Source: a virus
Taxonomy: Duplodnaviria; Caudoviricetes
Direction: 5' to 3' (one strand)
DNA: 39,227 nt
Virus record (IMG/VR): IMGVR_UViG_3300044454_000036
Span: 1 to 39,227 of that record
Positions 24,017 to 31,791 of this stretch are shown here, in pieces. The position numbers were made by a program, and so were the translations under genes. The notes under the pieces were generated by a model, which worked only from the letters and a program-made list of their open reading frames with translations, did no database searches and was not told where the DNA came from. The first letter of the stretch is position 1. Each line of letters opens with the position of its first letter.

Positions 24017-24573
24017 CAGTAGTTCTCCTGCCTGATTTCCGCCTCAAAGGCTGGGGCCGCACGCTTGAGTGCGTCCCTGACCTCATCAAGCGTCATGTCT
24101 TCGATGGTCTTCGGGGCGCTGGCCGTCCGTGCCGGGGTGGAGGAGTCGATGCCGATGACCGGGCGTCCAGCGGGCTCAAGCCTCGCGTTCAGTCCTGCCA
24201 ACTTCGCCTCGTCCATGCTCGCAAGCACTTGAGGGTCTAGGGCCTCTGCAGCGTAGGGGTACTGGGTGGCCCGAAGGGTCGCCGTGTACTCCTGCTCACG
24301 CTGCTGGATTTGCTTCTGCATGTCAGCGAGTTGCCGCCTCAGAGCCTCGGCCTCTGACGTTGTGCCGTCCACCTGCGCAACAGCACTCTGCTGCGCCGAC
24401 TGGAGGGCTGCCAACTGTTCCCTCAGGGCCTTCGTCTCCGCTGCGTGGGCCTTGTCCTTGCCCGACAGCCTCGCCTTGTACTCAGCCTCGACCTGCTCTG
24501 CCGTGGGCACCGCATCCTGCGACCCCGTGTCCGGGGTGGCGGGAGCCGTATCGACGGACATCTGGTCAGTCAT
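24016..24573 (-). CDS. Capsid scaffolding protein
   Basis: Directly upstream of the MCP; acidic/Pro N-terminus, coiled coil, IEDMTLDE C-terminal motif. Confidence 0.8.
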   Translation of the reverse strand: MTDQMSVDTAPATPDTGSQDAVPTAEQVEAEYKARLSGKDKAHAAETKALREQLAALQSAQQSAVAQVDGTTSEAEALRRQLADMQKQIQQREQEYTATLRATQYPYAAEALDPQVLASMDEAKLAGLNARLEPAGRPVIGIDSSTPARTASAPKTIEDMTLDEVRDALKRAAPAFEAEIRQENY

Positions 24574-24582
24574 TCTTACCCC

Positions 24583-27500
24583 TTACTGTAGCACTCCACC
24601 GGGCTGCAACCTTGATGGTTCCGGCATTTCCGGTGGCATCAAACCACGGCTGCGCAGGTCAGCCTGCTCGGCCTCCACGCGCTTCCGCTCCGCTAGTGGG
24701 ACGTATGTCCCAGTCGCCATCTGCACGGCAGACTGCAGCGACTTCTGCAGGTCCCCGGCGACGGCGAGGATGTCCTTCGGCGCACGACCGGGGCCGAAGG
24801 CGTACTGCACGGTGTCGGTGATGGCAGCGCCGATGTTCGGCTCATCGCCAGCCCATGCGTTCTGGGCCAGCCTGCGCGTCCACGCAGGCGCGTTGACCGG
24901 GATGTCCCAAGGCGTGCCCGGCACCATCAACTGCATGAAGTGCGTGAGGGCTGGCATCGACTCGACCAAGTCCGCGATGGTGCTGTCGTCCGTGGCCAGT
25001 TCCAGTTGGACGGCCTCCCAGACGTGGTTGACCATGGCCAGCCCGGCGAACGGAGCGTCCACCCCGAAGGGCTTGCGCACGAGGAAGCGCATCAACTCGG
25101 GCAGCACCTTGCCCCACATGTAGGAGGCCGGGTACATGCCGAGATAGGGATGGTTGATGGTGCGCTCCAGCAGCGTGCGCCCACGCTTGTAGTAGTGGAC
25201 CCGGAACGCCTCTTCCTCGGCCCGCTGCAGGGCCACGCGAGCCGCCTCAAGGATGCGGTACTCGTTCACGTCGAAGGTGGCGGCTGGCCCGCGATGGACC
25301 TCGGGCGTCATGGAGTCGAAGAGCCCTTGGATGGACGGGTCGATGTGCTGACCCGCGACCTTGTTGGGGTTCAGGGTCTGCCACATCTGGGCGTACTGGT
25401 TGAAGACGGCAGCGATGGTCGGGTCACCGACAGGAGCGACACCTGTCGCCACGTACTCTTCGAAGGCAGCCGCCATCCACTCCTCGGCCTCGCGCACGAG
25501 GACGTTGTTGGCGTTCTTCCCGGTCGGCTGGACGCCGCCACGCTTCAGGAACGCTTGCCCCTCAGGACTGGCGAAGAAGACGTTGTGGATGGTCTTGATG
25601 GCCGATGGGTCGAGGTCGTCGGCCATGAAGTGGAACGTCTCGTGGACGACCGTCGTTACGTCGGCCTTTCCTCGCTTGAGATAGAGAGTCCCCCTTCGAC
25701 CGGAAGTGGCTCCGGTAGCGACTCGCTGGGCGGTGGTTCGCCCTCGGTCCCAAGCGACGGCTCCTCGGAAGCCTCGGGGGCTGTACTGGGTAAGGATGTT
25801 CCCACCCCCGGTCCCTGCTGCTCCGACAGAGCGGTCTGGGCCATCAACGAAGCCGAGGCGACTTCGTCCTCTAGCCCAAGCCTCGGGGTCTGACTTTCGG
25901 ATGGCGGTGTCTGCTCTGGCTCGTAGGGTTGCCATATGCCCACCGACCACTCGTTGTCTGACATCGTCCTTACCTCGTGCTGTCAGGTCGGCCTGCAACT
26001 TGCGACCCATCTCCTCGGCCCAGATGGCGTCGGCTGCAGGGCCCTCGGCGCCTTCCTTGGTGATGCGAGCCTCGGCCCTCGCTTCGTCACCATCGTAGTC
26101 GTGCTTGCGCCGCTTCGTCACGAACAACTCTCGTGCGACCGTGACCCTCTGCGGGTCGAGGCCCATCTCCGTGGCCCACTTGCCGCTCTCCAGCGTGTCC
26201 ACGATGGACTGGGGCAGGACCATCTGCTCCGTGAACATCTCACGGTCGAGCCCGTCAAGGTCGTCGTACAGCGTGCGCACCGACTCGCCCAGCGTGCGGG
26301 GAGTCATGGCCATCATGGAGCCGTCCCAGCGGAAGCCCTCCTTGCCACGCTGGCTGCCAAGCCACAGGCGCAGGGCCTCCAGCGTGCGAGCGTCGGCCCC
26401 GCCCTCGGGCACGAAGTCGATGCCCCAGACGCGGCCACCCTTGACGTTGCTGGACGAGAAGTCACTCAGCCTGCCGGGGTAGGTGACGGCCACGATGTCA
26501 CGGTTCTGTGTCAGCAGCGAGAGTGAGTCCAGAGCGTCGTCAATGGCCTCAGGAGCCCCGATGATGCTCCATGACGTGTTTGCACTCACGACGCCGTCCG
26601 TGCGGCCCCAGCCCGGCTGATGGCGCAGCACGGTGACGCCCGTCTCCTGCTCGATGATGTCCACCAAGTCGGCGGTCACGGTGCGAGTGACGTGGTCCTG
26701 ATGGTCAGGCGTCAGCATGGAGAGGTCGAAGCCCCGGCGTAGCGGCACGTGGTCGCTGGGCCGATATTCGAACTCCACGTCCACGATGTTCTTGCCGACC
26801 ATGCCGTAGTGGCTATCCGGGTCGAGGCCCAGTTGCTTCTGGATGCGCAGCCAGTCAACGGCCTGCACGTCACGAGCCTCCCACGCTCGCCCACCACGCT
26901 CGTCCATCAGGTAGCCAGAGGCGTTCCACTCTTGGGCGATGGTGTTGTACTTGTGCGTGATGAACTCGTACTGCTTCGTGGACGGCTGCCCACCAGCCAC
27001 ATCCTTGACCGACTTCAGGCCGAGTTGGTTGGCCACGTCGGCCATGGCCTGCTTCTCCATGGCCTCGCTGATGGGCCCCTTGTAGCCCTGCTGTCGCAGC
27101 ATGTGCCGACCCGCGTAGCGCAGGAAGCCCTCGTCCGCGAAGCCTGACGCTCGCAGCGCCCAGACATCACCAGCCACCGGCTGGCTGCTGTCCACATACG
27201 AGACACCATCGTCAGCCAGCATGACGGTGCGCTGGGACAAGCCGAGGTTGCCGTCCGTGAAGTCGTGCAACTTGGCGGCTGCGCCCGCAGAGGTGACGGA
27301 GTCTTCGAAGTCCCTGAGCATGCGGTCCAGTTGCCTGTTCAACTCGGGCTTGGTGATGCCCTTCTGGTCTGGACGCCTGCCGCGCAACTCGCGGTCCATC
27401 ATCTTCGTGATGTAGCCGATGCCGTCTCGTGGCGAGGTCTGCGACTGTGTCATCGACCACGCCATCATCATGCGAGCGGCGACCTCGTCCCTCACGTTGT

Positions 27501-30500
27501 CGAGGTCGTTGAGGTCGATGCTCGGCACCGACTTCATACGCTGGTTCATGAGGGTGGCGTAGTCGGTAATCGTCTCGTCCGTCAGGTTGCGAGCGAGCGA
27601 CGTGAACATGGACGGGATGTACAGGTACCAGTCGCCTGCCGACGCCACGTTCTGCCTGCCCAAGACCTGCTCGGCACGAGCGGTGAAGTCCTTGAGCGAG
27701 ACGGCAGGGTCCATGTCGATACCGGCCACGCTTGCACCAGCCTTGGCCTTGCCCTTGCCTTCGGGCACCCAGTCAACGGCAGAGCCGCCAGCCGCGATGT
27801 GGGCTCGCAGCCCGTTCCCGGCATTGACATGGTCCTTGCGAACATCGGGCCTGCGCGTCTGGACATGCAACTCGCGAGCCCGGTCACGGACACGCAGCGC
27901 CTCGGGCGAGTCGGGCGCGAACTGCTCCCAGCCCCACTCGTCGTAGATGTCATTGAAGACACGCTGCGGGTGGGCGGTATACGGCAACTTGGCGTTGCTG
28001 TTGAGCCAGACCGCAGGGCCCGTGAACTTCTGGGCCAGATACTCTTCGACGCTGATGCCCTTGCTGTTGGCGATGATGGTGTGCCAGTCGCGCATGAGGC
28101 CCACGGCCAAGTCACGCTCGACCGGGTTCGTGTAGTGCTGGGCGACCGAGGCGTACAACTCGTCAGGCTCGACACCCACGGCCACGGCGTAGGCCCGTGC
28201 GGCGTATTCAGGGCTGAAGCCATGCTCGACCAGCGACTCGCGGAAGCCCCACTCCTCTAGGGGGTCGGTCGGGTCAAGGAGGCCAGCCCGCAGTTCAAGG
28301 CCAGAGTCGTAGCCGAACTGCTTGGCAAGGTACGACTTGTTGATGCCACGGATGCGACCGAACTCGTCAGGCACGGCGCCGTCGTAGTGGTGGATGCTGA
28401 CCCAGTCGTTGTCCGGGTTGTAGAGGCCCTTGTGCTTCAGGTACTGCTCGGCCACCTCGGCGTGGCTCAGGTTGCCCTTGCCTCCGCTGCGCTTGTCAAG
28501 GTCGTTGAAGTGCGACTGCAGCCTCGTCCATGCGCCGGGGTACTCCTTCTCCAGCGCGTCGTGGAGCAGCGTCCCGAACTCCTGCCTGATGAGGTTGTAG
28601 TAGTTCATCAACTTGGGCGTGCCGACCTTGCCCATGGGCATGTCATCGAAGGCTGCAGCCAACGGCGTGTTCGGGCCAGCGATGTTGCGAGCGTGCTGTG
28701 CGCCCGTCATCAGGAACTCGCGTGACTCGAAACCGTCAGCCAGATGCGAGGCCACGTTCATCTCGTCAATCAGCGAGTGGAACCTGATTTGCTCTGGTGT
28801 GAACTTCATGCCGAACTTCACACCGCGCAGGGCGTTGAAGAAGTAGGGCTCGATGAACTCCTGCATCAGGAAGACGGGGTTCAGGTTGAAGCGGATGGCC
28901 GGGTAGATACCCTCGGCCAGCCTGCCCATGTAGTTGCCGTGCCGCGAGGTGCGCGTCTTCAGGTTGCCCGTCAACTTTGAGGTGCCGCCCACCAAGGCAA
29001 GGTCCGACTCCATGGCCCGTGCCACCAGTTCGGCCAGCCCACGGTAGCCCAGACGCTGCCGGTCGAAGGTCGAGATGTTCGTGCCGTCAAGGATGGCCCG
29101 GAAGCGCTCAGGCGTGAATGAGCGCATGGTCGTCATCTCGGCATTGGCAGCCCGCCTGACCGACTCCCAGAGCGTCATCGACGTGGCCCTGCTCAGGCCG
29201 TACCGCTTGGCCCCCTCCTGCGTGAACGAGCGGCGAGCCTCCTGCATGATGTTCTCGCCACGGATGGGCGTGAAGAGGCGTTCCCGCAGCACGTCGAAGC
29301 GGGTGGGGTTCGTGACATCCTCTGGCGTGGGCCGAATGTCCATCCACGGGTAGTAGCCGACGAGGGCGCCGTCCTCACCGTAGATGGGCTGCCAGCGCTT
29401 CTCGCGTGAGGGAGCGATGCCGAACTCATACGCCTCACCACGAGCGTGCAGTTCAGCACGCAGGGCCTGCATGTTGGCTGGCAGGTTGGCCTCGTTGATG
29501 ACCGTCACGAAGCGGTCGTTCTTGATGCCGTCCGTGAGGATGGCCTTGACCTGCTTGAGCAGCACCTCGTCCGAGGTGATGCGCACCTTCTCGTAGATGT
29601 TCTGGTACAGGACTTCGTACTGGTGGATGGCGTCCTCTGCCAGCCGCACCGCCGTCGCTTCGTCGGCTGCGTTCTCGATGGAGTCGAGCAGCGTGCGAGC
29701 GTTCGCCATCGTCAACTCACGGTCGCCCACGAGCGTGGCACGAGTGATGATGCTGTAGGCGTCCAGCGCCGCTGCCGCCCCGTCAAGGTCAGCCTGCGCC
29801 GCGTTCGGCATGATGGCCTGCTGCGCCGACATCTTGACCGTCTGCTGCCCGCCGATGGCATCAGCCCTGCGGGCCGCTTCGAAGTCGAGGATGGTGCGGC
29901 CCCAATGCGCGTAGTGAACGAAGGCCAGTTCGTCGGGGCCAGCCTTGCTCAGAGCAGTACGCGCCTCGCTGACCGTGATGCCAGCGGCGTGCGACAACTT
30001 CATGGCGTACTCGTCACGGGCGCGGTCCATCTGGCGGGCGTACTCGGCCTGTGCCTCCTTGCCCACCCGTGAACCCACGTCTGGCACGACATCGCGCTTG
30101 ACCCTGCGGACGTGCGACTCCATCTGCTGCGCCTGAGCCGGGTTGCCCACCTTGCGCATCTGGGCAAGCACAGCGTCAGGGTCAGAGAGCGTGTCTGGCA
30201 GGTTGGCAGGGTTCGTGAACTTGCCGTCAGCGTCCCGCCTGTAGAAGCGCACGAGCCGCTGCAGGTTGCCCTGCAGGAGGGAGCGCTGTGAGTAGCCCAG
30301 CGCCGCTCCGACCGACTCGTTGAGGGCGGCAGAGTCAGGCACAGCGCGGTAGATAGCGGCCACCTTCGGCATGTCGAAAGCAGCGAACATGCCCTGAGCC
30401 GTGTTCCTCGTGAAGCGCTTGAGGACGACACCGGCTGCGCCGTCCCTGCCGAAGATGCTGAACGGGGCATTGGCCAACTCGCTGACGCGAGCCGCAGCCT

Positions 30501-31791
30501 CGATGCCCTGCCTGACGCCGGTCGTGTTCATGGCCCGGTCGAAGGGAGAGAGCGCGGCATCCGCCTCGTCCGTGATGGACTTCCATTGCGGCGTGCCCTT
30601 CAACTGCTCGCCCAACTCGCCAGCCAGCCGGTACGTCCCATCGACCGTCTTGAGGTCGAACGCCTTTCCAGCAGCGAGGTCGCCAGCGGCCAGCCGGTCG
30701 GTCGCGTTCTTGACGGCAGCCATCACGATGTTGTCGGTCGAGCCACCAGCGATGCGGGCGATTTGAGCGGCACGGTTAGCGATAGGGCCCACGCGCACGA
30801 CGCTTGCGGCAGCGCCCGTGGCGAAGCCAGCGAAGATGACGGGGTCGGCCACCATCTCGGCCACCATGCCGATGAACGGGTCGTCGGCCCAGCCGAAGCC
30901 AGCCTGTGTAATCTCGTCGTTGAAGCGGTCCAGCGCCTCCTCTGAGCCCACGGAGCCGTAGTCACCGCGCAGATAGCGGTCACGCAGTTCGATGAGGGCC
31001 GGGTGCGTAGCGTTCGCCAGCACCTCCTCGGCCCGACCGAAGTTGCCCGCCATGGTGCGGCTCACCATCTGGGCCGGGATGCCCAGCAGCGCGAAGGCTC
31101 GCTCCAGCAGCGTGGCGTCTGGCCGGATGAGCATGCCCATCACCTGCGGCAGCCCCTTGGCCGCAGCGTAGTCACCCTGATGCGTGCGCAGGTACTGGCT
31201 CATGTACCACTCGGCGTGCGTCGGGTCAGACTCGATGGTGGACATGGCCTGCTGCTTCTCCGGGGTCATGGCAACCATGTCGAAGGCGCCCTTGACGTTC
31301 TCGCCGCCCAGCATCTCGTTGATGGGCACGTGCGTCAGCAACTCCAGCGGGACATCGGCCACCTGACCGATGCCCTGAGCCAGTCCGACCAGCGGCTGCC
31401 GGATGTCACCGGGCAGCACGCCCGTGAACGCTTCGACCAGCCCGCCCAGCATGCCCTCTGCGAAGCCGACCTGACGGGGTGGCGGCTGCGCTGCCTCGCC
31501 CTCCAGCGGCACGGGGTCATACACGTCCCCGGAGAACTGGACGCTCGTCTTGCCCAGCCGGTCTGCCTGCGCATCCTCCAACTCGGGCGCGGCAGGAGCG
31601 GTCATCTTGGAGCCGTAGGCGACCTGCCCCGGCTGCAGCCCGCCACCGATGCGCGGAGGGATGGAGCCACCGAACTCGGTCGAGGAGCGGGAGCCCGGAG
31701 AGCCACCCCGGACGGTCCAGTCCAAGATGACATCTGGAGCCTGAGGGATGTTCTGCACACCGGGCGGCAGCATGCTGCGCTGCTCGACCAT
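24583..31791 (-). CDS. Giant polyvalent internal virion (DNA-ejection) protein with zincin HExxH and HhH-glycosylase-like (DUF7178-like) domains
   Basis: 2402 aa, largely helical; TTVVHETFH...EEWMA.AFE.Y..TG.AP; DWY...SMTQSQTSP...KL.DF...V..DVW...Y...QAVDW. Confidence 0.75.
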   Translation of the reverse strand: MVEQRSMLPPGVQNIPQAPDVILDWTVRGGSPGSRSSTEFGGSIPPRIGGGLQPGQVAYGSKMTAPAAPELEDAQADRLGKTSVQFSGDVYDPVPLEGEAAQPPPRQVGFAEGMLGGLVEAFTGVLPGDIRQPLVGLAQGIGQVADVPLELLTHVPINEMLGGENVKGAFDMVAMTPEKQQAMSTIESDPTHAEWYMSQYLRTHQGDYAAAKGLPQVMGMLIRPDATLLERAFALLGIPAQMVSRTMAGNFGRAEEVLANATHPALIELRDRYLRGDYGSVGSEEALDRFNDEITQAGFGWADDPFIGMVAEMVADPVIFAGFATGAAASVVRVGPIANRAAQIARIAGGSTDNIVMAAVKNATDRLAAGDLAAGKAFDLKTVDGTYRLAGELGEQLKGTPQWKSITDEADAALSPFDRAMNTTGVRQGIEAAARVSELANAPFSIFGRDGAAGVVLKRFTRNTAQGMFAAFDMPKVAAIYRAVPDSAALNESVGAALGYSQRSLLQGNLQRLVRFYRRDADGKFTNPANLPDTLSDPDAVLAQMRKVGNPAQAQQMESHVRRVKRDVVPDVGSRVGKEAQAEYARQMDRARDEYAMKLSHAAGITVSEARTALSKAGPDELAFVHYAHWGRTILDFEAARRADAIGGQQTVKMSAQQAIMPNAAQADLDGAAAALDAYSIITRATLVGDRELTMANARTLLDSIENAADEATAVRLAEDAIHQYEVLYQNIYEKVRITSDEVLLKQVKAILTDGIKNDRFVTVINEANLPANMQALRAELHARGEAYEFGIAPSREKRWQPIYGEDGALVGYYPWMDIRPTPEDVTNPTRFDVLRERLFTPIRGENIMQEARRSFTQEGAKRYGLSRATSMTLWESVRRAANAEMTTMRSFTPERFRAILDGTNISTFDRQRLGYRGLAELVARAMESDLALVGGTSKLTGNLKTRTSRHGNYMGRLAEGIYPAIRFNLNPVFLMQEFIEPYFFNALRGVKFGMKFTPEQIRFHSLIDEMNVASHLADGFESREFLMTGAQHARNIAGPNTPLAAAFDDMPMGKVGTPKLMNYYNLIRQEFGTLLHDALEKEYPGAWTRLQSHFNDLDKRSGGKGNLSHAEVAEQYLKHKGLYNPDNDWVSIHHYDGAVPDEFGRIRGINKSYLAKQFGYDSGLELRAGLLDPTDPLEEWGFRESLVEHGFSPEYAARAYAVAVGVEPDELYASVAQHYTNPVERDLAVGLMRDWHTIIANSKGISVEEYLAQKFTGPAVWLNSNAKLPYTAHPQRVFNDIYDEWGWEQFAPDSPEALRVRDRARELHVQTRRPDVRKDHVNAGNGLRAHIAAGGSAVDWVPEGKGKAKAGASVAGIDMDPAVSLKDFTARAEQVLGRQNVASAGDWYLYIPSMFTSLARNLTDETITDYATLMNQRMKSVPSIDLNDLDNVRDEVAARMMMAWSMTQSQTSPRDGIGYITKMMDRELRGRRPDQKGITKPELNRQLDRMLRDFEDSVTSAGAAAKLHDFTDGNLGLSQRTVMLADDGVSYVDSSQPVAGDVWALRASGFADEGFLRYAGRHMLRQQGYKGPISEAMEKQAMADVANQLGLKSVKDVAGGQPSTKQYEFITHKYNTIAQEWNASGYLMDERGGRAWEARDVQAVDWLRIQKQLGLDPDSHYGMVGKNIVDVEFEYRPSDHVPLRRGFDLSMLTPDHQDHVTRTVTADLVDIIEQETGVTVLRHQPGWGRTDGVVSANTSWSIIGAPEAIDDALDSLSLLTQNRDIVAVTYPGRLSDFSSSNVKGGRVWGIDFVPEGGADARTLEALRLWLGSQRGKEGFRWDGSMMAMTPRTLGESVRTLYDDLDGLDREMFTEQMVLPQSIVDTLESGKWATEMGLDPQRVTVARELFVTKRRKHDYDGDEARAEARITKEGAEGPAADAIWAEEMGRKLQADLTARGKDDVRQRVVGGHMATLRARADTAIRKSDPEAWARGRSRLGFVDGPDRSVGAAGTGGGNILTQYSPRGFRGAVAWDRGRTTAQRVATGATSGRRGTLYLKRGKADVTTVVHETFHFMADDLDPSAIKTIHNVFFASPEGQAFLKRGGVQPTGKNANNVLVREAEEWMAAAFEEYVATGVAPVGDPTIAAVFNQYAQMWQTLNPNKVAGQHIDPSIQGLFDSMTPEVHRGPAATFDVNEYRILEAARVALQRAEEEAFRVHYYKRGRTLLERTINHPYLGMYPASYMWGKVLPELMRFLVRKPFGVDAPFAGLAMVNHVWEAVQLELATDDSTIADLVESMPALTHFMQLMVPGTPWDIPVNAPAWTRRLAQNAWAGDEPNIGAAITDTVQYAFGPGRAPKDILAVAGDLQKSLQSAVQMATGTYVPLAERKRVEAEQADLRSRGLMPPEMPEPSRLQPGGVLQ
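25656..25964 (-). CDS. Overprinted acidic protein (102 aa) in an alternative frame inside the giant gene
   Basis: GAGGT RBS 7 nt upstream of the ATG; local loss of host-frame codon bias coincides with this ORF. Confidence 0.6.
   Translation of the reverse strand: MSDNEWSVGIWQPYEPEQTPPSESQTPRLGLEDEVASASLMAQTALSEQQGPGVGTSLPSTAPEASEEPSLGTEGEPPPSESLPEPLPVEGGLSISSEERPT

Noticed and set aside
24583-31791. Tape measure protein or virion RNA polymerase
   Set aside because: No TMP periodicity or upstream chaperone pair, and its position is wrong; no DxDGD or T7-type polymerase motifs recognised
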